Part shown: piece after piece, positions 26,711 through 39,924 of the stretch
Layout of the letters: every line of letters starts with the position of its first letter
How positions within the stretch are numbered: the stretch's first letter is position 1
Source of the DNA: Chiloscyllium plagiosum
Taxonomy: Eukaryota
Direction: 5' to 3'
DNA length: 64,000 nucleotides
NCBI RefSeq assembly: GCF_004010195.1
Contig: NC_057718.1
Span: 45,682,322-45,746,321 of the forward strand
Made by a program: the position numbers and the translations under genes
The notes under the pieces: model-generated
What the model was told of the DNA's origin: nothing
Seen by the model: only the letters and a program-made list of their open reading frames with translations
Database searches by the model: none

Positions 26711-28844
26711 CATCAGTGAATGTGAAAAGATTTGGAAAGCACTGACAGAACAAAATCAACATCGGAAGATCTTAAGAGAAATCTTATTCATTCCCAGAGT
26801 ATAGTACAAGGTGAAATATATCTTTGATGTTTCTAAATTTGGCAATTGTACAATTTGCTGAATCTGCTACGTTTAATATTTCATATGTTCTTTCTGTGAC
26901 TAATACTTGTCAATCAGAAAAGCATATTTTGTTTGACTTGCATTCATTTCAACAAGATCAGCAATTTCTTTAAATTCTAATGTCAAAATAACTAAAAAGA
27001 GGCATTCCAAATAGCCAATTTAAATTAATACATCATCCACTCATCATAATTATTTGAAAAGAAGAGGATGCAATTAATCAGTGTCAGTCTCCGCACAAAT
27101 CATTACTTCCCCAACAAACATTCCAGAAGTCCATTTACCAAAAAGGGACTTCTTCAAAAGTGTCAATAAATAACATTGAGGTTGGGGTGAAGGAAATAAA
27201 ACATCTACATGCTGCTAAAACATTAAAGGGCTTTTATCCATCACTCTCTGCAACACAGCAATGTGCCCTATAAACATTGCTAGCCCATTTTGAACTGAAA
27301 AGCAGTTTTGAAATGGATACAGAGCAGAGCAGCTTCTGATTGTAATAATAAGCAAGTTTGTCTGTTATTTGTATCATTGTACAGGTAATGATACAGGTGG
27401 TGTGGCAGTTATATGATGCTTAGAAGAAACAAATTTTGTTATTCAAAATATCAGGGTGGATATTTTCAAACTACCAAAGGAATATTGCACAACAATCAAC
27501 ATATCACCCAAATCCTGTATCATAAAACACAATGCAGAAAAAACAAATCAAACATTCTTTAGACAGACAAGGATCAAGAGATGTAGTACCAGGGAAAACA
27601 TTCAGAGAAGTGGTCAAGAAACAAATATTTAATTTGAGGCATTGACGAAAATTGAAATGTGCTATCAGTAGATTTAGCTTTAGTTGATCAACACAGCATG
27701 GAGGTTTGAACCGCAGAGGAAACTATCATATCTAGAAAGGCCAAGAACAGGAAGGAGGGTCTCAGTACCAGATTGAGTTGGGTAGAGCTGCAGCAAATAG
27801 TCCTCGTAATGAAAGTGATATTTTCATGGAAACTAAACTTGGTGCCAAACAGCATGTGTACTGTGACGACGTTCTTGAAAATTTCTCAAGATTCTAAGAG
27901 ACAAGACGGGGGGGGGGGGGTGCACTTAATTGTGCAAGAGACCAATAGTCTGCTTTCCTAACAGCAGGGTGAAATTGCTTGTGCTTCTGCTGAAGATATT
28001 TTTAATATACTTGCATATTATTCATTAAATGACAACTTTGCCTGAATTTTTTTTATATTAAAAAAAATTATTCAGACATACCAGGATATGCTCTGGGGCA
28101 GATGGGGCTTAAACTAGGACTTTCTGGCTCAGGGACACTGCCAATGCACTACAAGATTTTAACCTCCCCAAAATTCAGTGTGCTTTTTCAATTGTATAAT
28201 CAGCAAACAGGAAATTTCTGCATAAACATGGCACGCAGATGATGCAGTCTACCTGCTGGTAGTTTCTTGTTACAGGAGTATTTTTTTAAAAATCTATTGG
28301 ACAGGAAGCACTGATAAGTGAAATCAGGTTCTGGCAGTCAAAGAGAAATGGGGCATGGCTTACTGAGGGAGGAACACAGCATGGGAAAGAGGCAACAATT
28401 TGAAGACTTCTCACCATGGTTAGACAGAGGAAGCTGCACTATATAGGGAAGGTCAACATCAAAAGATGCTAGGCCAAGCATGATTGCGGAGAGATCAAGG
28501 TTTCTAAGGACAGAGATGATACAGGATGTTAGGTTGAGGGTAGAGGGTAATGGGTGACAGAACATAAAGCAGGTTAAGGTGATGGAGCATGAGTCAAAAG
28601 TGAAGGAGGAAAAGTCAGAAAGGTGATTGATCAAGGAAGCAGCATGATGGCTTAAAGTTCCAGGAATGCAGATCTCAGGTGGAGAGGTGGTGGCAGCAGT
28701 TCCAGGGAACCCAATGGCAGGCAGAGAGGAGGATGACCATTGCAGTTCCCAAGAATTCCTCAGAAAGCAAAACTGACACTAAAGGCTTACAGGGAATGTG
28801 CCTAAGTGCCTTTTAAATATAACTGATAGAGTGAAAACAGTAAG

Positions 28845-29450
28845 TCAACCTGTCTCAGTACACGTGGCAAGTGTTGTTTTGAGTGCAATACAGGCAGATT
28901 GCACGATACAAAGTGTAGCAGGGTAGCAGAACAGAGTGCAGAATACTCTGTTACAGCCGTTGAAAAGATGCAGAGAAGAGAGATCAACATTAACATTTGA
29001 GAGGTCCATTCAAATCTGATAACAGTGGGGAAAAAGCTGTTCTTGAATCTATTCATACCTCTATTCAAACTTTTATTCAACTTGTATTCAAAATTCTCTG
29101 TCTGACAGAAGAGGGTGGCAGAGAGTTTAACCAGGGTGGGAGGTGCCTTTAATTTTATAGATTGTTTCCCGGAGGCAACGGGAAGTATTGATCAAGTTCG
29201 TGGATGGAAGGCTGGTTTATGTGATGGACTGGGCTGTGTTCATGGCTCCATAGTTTCTTGCAATCTTGGGAAGAGTAGCTGCCATATCATGCTATGATAC
29301 AACCAGATAGGATGCTTTCTGTGATACATCTATAAAAATTGATAAGAATCCTTGTGGACATGCCGCATCAATGTGGGTGGACCAGGACAGATTGTTGGTG
29401 ATCATCACTTCCAAGACTTGGTGCTCTCAACCATCTCCATCTCAGCACCT
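28845..29450 (-). mobile_element. Rex1/Babar-like LINE 3' fragment
   Basis: Minus-strand translation NRFKNSFFPTVIR preceded by a HPLLS segment; resembles the Rex1-type RT C-terminus plus 3'UTR. Confidence 0.6.
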
Positions 29451-31217
29451 CAGCACAGCCCTCCACGCCACTTCCTGAAGTGGAGCAGCTGGAGCTTTCA
29501 ATCATATGAGGTAGTGGCAGGCTCATTGACTTCCTACATCCCCTGCTGCATGACCTACTGTGCTTCACTACTGTGAACTGATTAAATGGCTGGCCACAAG
29601 TTAGCCTGCTTATGAGTGAAGTGCCAGGTACTTCTAGTTCTGCCACCAACAACCTCATTGCTAAAGATTTTGGCCTGGGTGTTAGGGCAAAGAATGAAAT
29701 TGATGGTGTGACATGAAGTTTGAAGTCGCAGCTAAAAACAACACTTTTGGTCTTCCAAATCTTGCCTATAAGAAATAAGGCTCAGTAAAGAATGGCTATC
29801 AGACTGGCATCAGATAAATCAGAGGCAGAGGAGGAATTCGGAAGATCAGTGATGAGGCAGTCATTAGACTACATGGAAAACTGACTCCCCATTTGGAGGG
29901 TCTCCATAATTACAAATATCTACAAATTAAAGTATCCAGATCAAAGTGATTCAAACAAAGGAGTTGCAGGAGAAATTGATGTGGAGCTGATGACATATCC
30001 AAGGATTTGAAGACATGTTTGAAAAGGAAAAGGTTTAAGGATGGTGGTTGAGTGAAGGTGGGTTGCTACATCCTTAGCATCTCTTGTTTGGTGCAAAAAT
30101 AAATGTTTTCCTCATTTAAAAACTCTGCCATCGTCCTCTTTCAGATTGGAGGATTAATTACTCAATAACAAGGTGTCAGGTGAGAAAAAATATAACAGTT
30201 AAACAACCTGTCAAAAATTTCATACAGAGCTCACAAATGATGAATCACAACATAGGTTGAAGTCCTAGATGGACCCTTGAATTGTTAGCAAAATACTAAC
30301 ATTCAAGCCAACTTAAAAGAGCAAAAGCTTCTCAATTGCTAACAACTCAAAGTCAACCTTATGACCTGAGTTCCTCTATTCCCCCACATTTCTTTGCAAT
30401 TGTCTAAAAAGAACAGACACAGCAGCTTGGTGTTGTACTTTTCCTCTCCTAAATAGAGCACTTCCTAAGATTCAAACATGCTTGCCTGATAAACCCTATG
30501 ATTTATAAGGCAGAACAGTTGCTTTACACTACCACAGTAACCAATACCTTAAATATAGCACTGAAAAGGTTAAATAACTATGATGATTATTTGCCAACTT
30601 TACTTGAGTTCACTATTCAAATAAAGATTCAGAACATTGCATTACATATTCAAATGTTGAAACCGATTTCAGGAAAATGCTTTTCTAAACATGTTTTAAT
30701 AATAATTAAACACAAAATTTTGTCAGACTGAAAAAAGTACAAGTCTAGGGAAGGATCTCAAAAACATACGTCCAAGGCCAATATCTAATGTTTTTACAAA
30801 AAAGGCAAAAGAAACTTATATCTGCAACTAGTCTCACTTTTCACATAGGAATATATTGTACTAGCTTCTAAATTTTGACTCCATCTCTTTCTGATCAACC
30901 CCATCTTACCTATCACTAAAACTGAATAACAAAGATGACTAAGTAATAATTACAAACAATCTTTCCTTTAATGTGTGGATATTGAGATACCAGATTTCTA
31001 GGATTTATCAACATTTTAAAATCCAGTTTAGAGCTGTGCCAATGGATTTTAGTACTGGAACAATCATAATTGTGAACGCATTAAATTGTCAAAATGTAAG
31101 TATTAACCATAAATATGAAACTAAAGTTTGCTACATCATATGTTTGTACAATTCGAAGTGGATCTCATTTCTGATTAATATGGTTGCTAGAACCACAATT
31201 ACATTTTGAAAATAATT

Positions 31218-31715
31218 AAAAATCATACAACACCAGGTTGTAGTCCAACAGTTTATTTGGAAGCATTAGCCTTCAGAGCATTGCTCCTTCATCCGGTAAC
31301 TGGTGGGACAGGATCATAAGAAACCAGCCCCATTAGTTATTCGATGAAGGAGCAGCACTCCGAGAGCTAGTACTGTGCTTGGACTATAACCTGGTGTAAA
31401 ACACCAATATTCTACTTCACACACACCTTTCAATATAACCAGCTTCCATCCCTCACCACTTCCAAATACAAACATCAGTTATGCAAACATCAATAATCCA
31501 AATTTCAGATTATCCAAACAGGAACTCAAGGTCCCATAAAAACGTTATCAGTCAACCGAACTATCAGTTATCTGAACAAAATACTTCCCGCCCACCTCGT
31601 TCAGATAATCAAGGTTGTTCTGTACCCAGTAATTCAGCCATGACAAGCATTTCATCCTGGTGTGATTTTAAACTTTGTCCACTCCAGTCCAATACCAGCA
31701 CTTCTACATTTTGAA
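31218..31715. mobile_element. Penelope-type palindromic repeat interrupted by a copied local segment
   Basis: Inverted arms acaccaggttgtagtcca...gctccttcatc / gatgaaggagc...tggactataacctggtgt; element resumes at ~31656. Confidence 0.65.
31407..31657 (+). repeat. Direct duplicate of 32807-33063
   Basis: About 250 bp, roughly 95% identical by manual alignment; includes a MITE and its flanks. Confidence 0.95.
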
Positions 31716-32439
31716 AATAGACTGAAGGACAAAGTTGAACAAAGTTTTCTAACATAAGTATGCAGTGAGATTCCCCAGTGATCAAAACAAAGACTAATGA
31801 TTTTCTTGTTAAATATAAAAATACTTCATTTGGAAGACAGAGTGAATAATTTAGAAGTTTTCAGAAGATATAAAAGTTGACAGTAATAATAAGGAGGATA
31901 GTAGAATATAGATAAAGACATTAAATGGGAAGACTGATCGTAAGTGCAATTTAGTGCAGATGATTGAGATATAAGTAATCTGATTTTCAGAGGTACATAT
32001 TACAAAACTAATAGTGGTAATGGTTTGCTACCACAAAGGAAGTGTAAACGTTTAGGACTGACTCTTTTCCACAAATCGGAGTTAGGTGGTGTTCACCTGA
32101 TGATGCTCCCCATCGTCTTGTCTGCCACTTAAGATGGGTAGTGGAATGTTAAGCCAATAGATCCTGTAATTGGTTTTTAGTGTCTTCATTTGTGGTTAGC
32201 CCATGTTGAGTCACATCTAGGCAGGTAATATACAAATATCATGGTGCCTCCTCATTTGCATGATTATAGAGTTCAGCAAACACAATGGATACTACTGGCT
32301 GAATTGAATGTTCATCATGAGCTAAGCTGTGTACGTGACTGACATATGCTGCAATTAAAATGAGGAGCTGCACTTATTATAAGGATAGTTCTGTTGCCTG
32401 GGCAGGAATTGGTTGGAAGGAGAAGCACTCCAAATTAAA

Positions 32440-33260
32440 TCAGAGAAGACACGGATCTCCTGACGTTTCCAATATGGTGCTGGGGGCATTATTACAGGAT
32501 ATCAAATGGACATGACAGGAAAATGTTTTCACAGGAGTTCTGAAAGCACTGACAGCAAACCCTGAAAGGGAACAGGAGTAGTTGGCCAGATAATTCAATT
32601 CCTGGAGTTGTGCCGGAGAGCCAGATTATACCATAAAGAAGTTTAATGACTTCACATGGGCGATCAAGATCAGTAAATGCCTCTTCAAAGTACAATTCAT
32701 ACGAAACACCTACGAAAGCTTTAACTTCACACACTGCTCACTGCACCACATTTCTTCACTGGCCTATCAAAAATCCTCTGGCAGTCTGGACAAGGCTAAC
32801 ATTCAGATATTCTACTTCACACACATCTTTCAATATAACCAGCTTCCATCCATCTCTCACCACTTCCAAATACAAAAATCAGTTATGCAAACATCAATAA
32901 TCCAAATTTCAGATTATCCAAACAAGAACTCAAGGTCCCATAAAAACGTTATCAGTCAACCGAACAATCAGTTATCTGAACAAAATACTTCCTGCCCACC
33001 TCATTCAGATAATCAAGGTTGTTCTGTACTTCCAGTAATTTAGCCATGACAAGCATTTCATCCAAATAATCCTACACATTCTTCCCCCTCTCTTACAGGG
33101 TAAGGAAGTTCAAAAACCAGAGAGTCGAGGAACCAGAGGAGGATGCTTGCATCACCTGAATAGTGCTCTGCATTACTGGGATGGCTGTGGAAGAGCTCAG
33201 CATCCAAGAACATTCAAGATGATGATGTGTTCCTGTCTAACTCCTTCCTTTCAGATCTTG
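32440..33260 (+). pseudogene. Decayed Harbinger Myb/SANT-like DNA-binding gene (exon-intron remnants)
   Basis: 32440-32672 reads SPDVSNMVLGALLQDIK...EREQE*LAR*FNS...KKFNDFTWAIK, resembling Harbinger Myb-like PRFSD..LE.L...W..IA..VN...CRKKFNDL; acceptor ccccctctcttacAG at ~33098 is followed by a GTRGG motif (cf. KTGGG). Confidence 0.55.
32873..33026. mobile_element. Tigger/pogo-like MITE (duplicated at 31469-31622)
   Basis: Flanked by TA; ends ca...tg; internal repeats of ttatc(c/t)(g/a)aac, inverted at the right end (ttcagataat). Confidence 0.6.
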
Positions 33261-33494
33261 TTCCACTTTCACCTGCAATCTGGCATGAAGTGATGGAAGT
33301 TGGATATGGTGTCATGACATTATGCCTTCCAACTCATCCCAATTCACAGCCCTACAGCATTTATTATTTGAGATATCAGAGAACTGCACCTAGACACCTA
33401 CTGTAGATACAGGAGAAAGGGTGAGAGCTGATACAGACTTCTCAGGAAGAAGTACTTGCTTGACAGACCAATTTCAGCCACCAGCTCAATTACA

Positions 33495-34740
33495 TTTTTT
33501 TATTCATTTCTGGAACATGGGCATCTGTAGATGCCCTCAAGAAGTGTCCTCTTGTGTAGTCGACATGCTGTAGGTGGACTCCACGCCCTTGGGGGGGGGG
33601 TTCAGGTGTTTGCAATATCCAATGCCTCCAACGATTTGTTGCCCAATGCTGCTCCCATCATGCCATCCTGCACGAACCATTAAAGCAAGGTTGATCCCCT
33701 AGCTTGATGGAATAGTTAAGTGGCAGGTAGGCCAGGCTGAGGTTGAAGATTGTGCTGGAGTGAAATTCTGCTGATGATCGCTCACAGCACCTCATGGATC
33801 CATTTAGCATGGTAACAATGCCACAATACAGAATGGATGATATTCTCAATGTGAATGCTGGACTTCATCACCACTAAGGACTATGTGGTGGTCACTCTTA
33901 CTGATCTGGTCATGGACAGATGCACCTTCAGCCAGCAGACTGGTAAGAATGAGGTCAAGTTTTTTCCTCTTGTTAGTTTCCTCACCACTCATCCAGCCTA
34001 GCAGCTGTCCTTTAGGACCCAACCATATTGATCAGTAGACAATGAAATCCTCCCCCACCCCAGAGTACATTTTCTGCTTGTACCACCCTCAGAGTGTTGT
34101 TCAACATGGAGACACATTGATTAATCAGCTGAGGTAGGATGGTATGTAGTAATTGCTTCAGTTTAAGCATGGGCAAGGAAATCTGCCAATGAGACTTTGT
34201 AGGGTCTGGATTCAATGTTGAGGATGCCCATGGCAACTCCTTCCTGCATACAACTGTGCTGCCACCTTTTTTGGGTCTGTCCTGCTGGTGGGACATGATG
34301 CATCCAGGGACGATGGTGGTGGTGTTGAACTGTTCTACTTTAAAGATAATGCCAGGTTGTTGATTAATGTGAGTCAGCTCTCCTAATTTTGGCACTAGCT
34401 CCCAGATGTTAGTAAGGAGCACTTTGCAGGGGTGACAGGGCTTTTTCTGCTGTTGTCTTTTCTGATGGTCAATGGCAGATTGTCTGTCTGGTTTCATTTC
34501 TTCAAACTGACTTCATAGCAATTGATAAACTGAGTGATTTGTTTGGCCAAGCCAAATGGACTTTTCTGACAAATCAACAATGGTTTCATGGTCATCAGTA
34601 GGATAGGATGCCAGATTTATTTTACTGAATTAAAATTTCATCACCTGCTGTGGTGGGATTGGAACACAGATCTCCAGAACATTAGCTGAGTTTCTGGATT
34701 AATAGACTAGTGATAATACCACTGGGCCATCACCTCCCTA
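33495..34740 (-). mobile_element. Second CR1-group LINE family, internally deleted, with tRNA-like 5' head and APE endonuclease start
   Basis: ORF 34012-34497 (LLTNIWELVPKLGEL...QQPGII...PGCIMSHQQDRPKKGGSTVV) is APE-like; head with A/B-box-like motifs at 34560-34740; family 3' tail at ~33495. Confidence 0.75.
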
Positions 34741-35339
34741 CTGACCCAACTCTCATCTTATAGCATGGCAGAATCAGGGTCAGGATCTGTATAGGGTAAC
34801 CCATCAGGCATGAGTGAGGCTGGGAAAAATGACACAGCATGCACCAAAAGACTGTGCTACAGATGAATTCTGCTAAATGGGATAGTTGAGGACTTTGAAG
34901 AAGTGGCATAAAGGAGAGGATTCAATGACATGTTGTCAGTTTAGAAACTTGGTGTTTGGCAGGCCAGCTAATAATCCTGTCTCTATCAAGGAGCATGGAA
35001 TGATTGAATTCTAACTTTGCACAAGGCTTCACATGCAGCTTTGACTCCATCCTTTCCAACATAAAAATAGTGGTCAACTACCAAAGGATCTAGCCATGAT
35101 GGAATGTGTGTAACGGTGACTAATTTCAGTTTCCAGAACAGCACAGGCAAAAAAGCACCCAACATCTCAGTGCTCCAATAAAAAGATAATGAGCTCTAGT
35201 TTGCTGCTGTACCACCTCAAAAACATTGCTGCTCTGCTAACTGTGGATCTCAATGCTCAAAAATGTATACACATTCTCCTATAGGCCAGCATGCTGTCCT
35301 CCAGCAGATTACCAGAATTGTTGCGTCACCACTGCAGTT

Positions 35340-35800
35340 GCATGGCAAAATCTTATGCTGTGTGCAGAGATATCCCTAGTCCCCAAACACTCACCTCTGG
35401 ATCATCTTGGCGGCCCAAAGATCCCAGAAGGCATTATAACAGAGGCCAGGATAGCAGGCAGCGATATGGTCACACATCAACTGCATGTTGATGGTATGGT
35501 AGCCCTTGTACTTCCAGTGACTCTTCTCATTTACATATGGGGCCAGCAGATGGCTCTCTGCATTATTGATATCTTGCTACCCTGGCAAAACCACATGTCC
35601 ACTCTTCTTGCTTCCTTCTGGTAGATTGCTCCTCTACCATGCAGAGCTTCTGTCCTTTTCTGTGTAGCACTGAACAGCAAACCAGAAAAAGCTGGCCCAT
35701 CACCTGCTTCCACCTGCAAAGATCTGCTTCTATACAAGCTCAGCACAAAGGTGTTCTTCATTCTGACAGTTAGATTCTTGCCCTCTGTTATACATTGCTA
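35340..35800 (-). pseudogene. Decayed Harbinger (HARBI1-like) transposase
   Basis: Minus strand: GFARVA, MQRAICWPH (cf. VQGAIDCTH), KGYHTINMQLMCDH, ACYPGLCYNAF, VFGD*GY. Confidence 0.65.
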
Positions 35801-38800
35801 CATTCTACTAGAGGCGGAATAGCTCAATGACTATTTCCTTGTTGAATCATAGGCACCTCTAACATTGCTCCTGGTTTAGTTGAGAATGTTTGTGGGCAAG
35901 GTCGTCTCCAGAGAGCCCTCCCCCATCTCCCGCTGTACACAGCTTCCCCTCTGTGCAGCCTGTGTTCCAGGTATTTGCTGTGTTGTAGGCCATACGAAAC
36001 TGCAACCATAACTCCAGCAGGCTTTCTGCACAGGGCATAAAACTGTTCTGACCTCACTGTCAGGATGTAGCAACACTTCCTTCAGAATCTAACAGATCTG
36101 ACCAAAACTTCTCTAAGAGTATATCACAGTACTTCCACAAATTTTCTAAAGTAAATACAAGTCAAAATCACCTAACCAGCAAGGTGGATAACTGGACCTT
36201 TAACACTAACTAAAGGATCCTGAACACATGTTCAACAGAAAATGGTCAGGACATGATGTTGACGGTCTTATGTACTACAAACTAGAAGAATGTGTTTCAA
36301 ATTAAGCTGTTAGCATCATAATCTGCCCAGTGTGAAAGTGTCCAGACCACAGTAGTGCCCTGAACTACATGGCACACTACATGTTCCATGCCAGAAACTG
36401 TGTGTCTGTAATTTCCACCAACTCTAAATTCCACAGATCCAACTCACAGGAGAACTTTTCTGCCAAGTTTCATTTATTTCAATTGACAGCTATACAGTAA
36501 GATTCTGAAGTGGCTCAACTGTCTGCTAAATATAATAAGTAAACACTGGCTTAAACAAGTCAACCATTGATAGCTGCAGGAGTTGATGCAATCTGGCACA
36601 CTTCTTTACAGTAACAAAATAATTTATCTTTACTGGATTACCAACATCTTACAATATGTGATTCATCAGTTTACAAAGGTGCAGATAAACAGTTAAGTAT
36701 GTATAAGAAAAATGCTCATCATAATAGTGCATGTAATATTGCCCACAGCAAAGCCACAATATCCTTCAGCTGGTTTCTCTGTAGTGCATTCACTTCTCAC
36801 TTATTGGTATACATCCACAATGAAATATGAAGAGAGAGTACATAGAAAACACAAGTAGACTGCAAAGTTGTCTCAAAACTGAACTAGCCATCAGATTACT
36901 AATGATTAAGTGGGTTTTTGTTCCTATGCAAGGTGGTGGCATATAATTTCCATGACCTATAGGTTTGAAATATTGCATAAAATCTAAAAAAAAAGGCAAC
37001 AATAGTTATCATCATCAGAAAAACCGTTCAAAAGTATCCTGAGGTTGTCTTTACATTTTGTCTTATGACATAACATTTGTGCACTTTCTTCACAATTAAA
37101 GAGAGCATCAAACCTGCTGCTGATTGTATGTTTTTCCTAATTAAAGCTTTTTTGTATTGCCACTTTAAATAAAACTGATGTCCTGGAGCTCAATTATGCT
37201 CAGTGCTCAGCTGCCTTAGGCTGGCACAGCCCCTGAAAGTGAATGAGATACACCAACCTAAAACCACTAAATTGCAATTAGAATCTAGCTGGAGTCAATC
37301 CGTAGTTTAACCCCTTCACAATAAAAACAGATGGTCAGCTTTGAGGAAACTATTCTGCAGCTAGTGCAAACGGCATTATGGGTTAAGATGCCATTTTCTA
37401 GGCATTATAACAGACAGTATGACCCAAAATTCAATCACCCTTACATGTGGGCAGCCAGGAGGGTGGGCAAATGCTGCATACACCTTTGCATGTTGTCCCA
37501 GGTAGGATGTTACATTTTTGCTAGAGCCTCATTAAGATAATTTCAGCAGGGCAATCAGAATAGACCATGCTGTTAAGGGTCTCTTGATGTGATGGTACTG
37601 TCCTATCTTATCTCAGGAGAAAAGATCTGGCTTAAAGTCCCATTTTCCCCCTAGATATGTCACATATTTTTTGTTCTGATTCTTAATGAGTACAGTAAAT
37701 AAATAATTGGAGATCCAGAGTTCAAACCTCCCTTACTCTTTGTTAGGAGGGTCTTCAGGCCCTGAAGGTCTGGCTTCAAGTCCCACCTGCCCCAAAAGAT
37801 GTATGATGACATGTCTGATCAGGTTGATTAAATATAATTAGACCATCCTTTTCATTGGTATTAGACAGGAGGAAGAGATATTGCCATGGCAAATGATAAC
37901 ACTGGAGGAGTCATCGCACAGAACTGCTCCATTCCCCATCATCTTTTCCCTTCTTACTTCTAAGTCAGACACCACTTTTATGAAAATGCCAGCTGATTTT
38001 CCCAGCCTTTCATCTGTCTTTGCTCAGTTTACAGAAGAATAGCTCACCTTTTTCTCTATCCTTCATTTCAGGTGCTCAAAATGTAGAGGTATATGTGTCA
38101 CTTCTGGACTTGGATTACCAAATACATATCCAACACTGAATCTTGAATGAATCAAAATTTCCCCTAATGATGTACACAAAACAGAAGCTAACCTTTTGTT
38201 TCTATGTGTCTCTGTTCAATTCCACCAATATTCCTGAGGTCGAAGGAGTTGAAGTAGAGTGTGAGTTTGATCCCAAATTGGTTCTCTTCTGTTTTGTCAC
38301 CAGGACATTCCCCACTGCTGGTAAAATTACAATGGGGATAGGTGAGCACTACTGTTACAATTCTATGCTCCCCCTGCCTTTAATTCAACTCCCATGGAGG
38401 GACACATAAAATTCTGGCCCAAGTTGTGAGATTGAGCGTCTAGCATATGGAGCAACATGCAACAAATCACTCTTGTAAAAAGCTTTAACAAATCATATGG
38501 CATTTAGTCTTTCCCCATGGTCAGTAATGCAATAAGTGAATGACACATTTCATTATATTTGGTGTCACTGAGTAGAGTAGCTTGACTTGTGCTATTATTT
38601 CTTGTTGATTCTATCTCTAAGAAGTTCAAAGCTAAGAAAATCTACATTCATATAAAACCCAAATGCCACAACCAAATTCTGATACATGGTGACCTCATTA
38701 TTATCCCTATATCAGAAACAAAACAGGCAGCCTCAATTTGCCAATTATGCCAAATGGACATCAATTTTAAATGTAAGCAATCCTGCCAATACTCCAAATG

Positions 38801-39110
38801 TCCCTTCTTAAACTTTGCTAAATATAAGATAGCAGTCTAACATTTGGAGCAGCAGACCAAGTGTGGTGTATATCAATTACTGAATGGACCACATTTTTTC
38901 TTCACCACCCCCCCACCCCCAACCAAGAATCATGATTAATACCATTAAATACCCACTTCAAAACTTCTGCATTTTTTGTATCTATGCGTCATGCAGTTTC
39001 CAAGTCCTTCATTCTTTTTAACTCACTAGTTGCCTTTATTTAAAATATTTCTCCCAGCACTTTTAATTTCTCACTTCTGCTTTCTTATTGTTCTCTTTCC
39101 TATTGCTTAC

Positions 39111-39178
39111 AGTTGGTTGCAGAGACAGACAACTTGGAAAAAGGAACTGCTGAGGCCACCTATCTAAAGCCTTCACCT
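39111..39178 (-). other. Candidate 68-bp exon
   Basis: T-run acceptor ending ttttcAG, donor act|GTaagc; open frame VKALDRWPQQFLFPSCLSLQPT. Confidence 0.3.
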
Positions 39179-39924
39179 CTGAAAAAAAAAAGACTTGTCA
39201 GTGAGAAATAAGAATAAATGAGGTAATCGTGCCAATGGTTCTTAGCACCAAGCACTCGCAGGATCTTATTTCTCCACCTCTAGTGGAAGTTTGCCTCAGG
39301 AATTCCAGTCTTATAGTCCAGCATTAAAAAAAAGCACTGTTGGAAGTAAGTCATGTATGTTGGCCACTTTATTCCCAGAGCAAGTTGCTGCTGTTTGTCT
39401 TGCATCTTGCTTTAATTGCTACTAGATTAACCCTCCCTTCAGGCAGAAGCTGTTCAGGTAGGAATATACTCTGGTTCTACCCCACTTCTTTTTCCAGGGG
39501 CTAGTCTCAATGTTGGAGAATATACTGATGTAGGTCTATATATACACTTTATGTAAGTGACACGCTTAGCCACCATTCATGATTCTCACCACCGCCTCTG
39601 GACAAGTAGACAGTTGGCACAAAGAAAGATTGGTGAAAGGGAAATTAAACAATTTGGTGGCAGCCACAGCTTGTGCAAGGATTCAAGAATGCTGCCATGA
39701 ACTGTGGACCCAAGACTTGAATCAACATGATTGCCTGAAAACATTCAAGGCCTATTATGTGAGAATTCTACCCTCTTGCAAAAGCCAGAGAAAAGGCCTC
39801 CAGTATTCAAACATCACTGGGGCCGAAATGTAGATGGGAGGATACCAAGTATCTCATACTTTCATAGTTTTTTTATATTATTCACTTTCAAATAGTGATA
39901 CTAAAGACATGGGGACAGCATTCA

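Noticed and set aside
26358..26762. Three overlapping ORFs (85-134 aa)
   Set aside because: By-product of the purine-rich low-complexity tract.
30340..30410. Minus-strand acceptor followed by DNCKEM..., reminiscent of a Kv3 (KCNC2) alternative C-terminus
   Set aside because: Similarity ends after five residues and no channel exons are present upstream.
35180..35350. Possible inverted C-terminal Harbinger piece on the plus strand
   Set aside because: Similarity too weak to call by eye.
39272..39286. CTCF-like motif ccactagaggtgg
   Set aside because: Two mismatches at core positions; not supportable from sequence alone.
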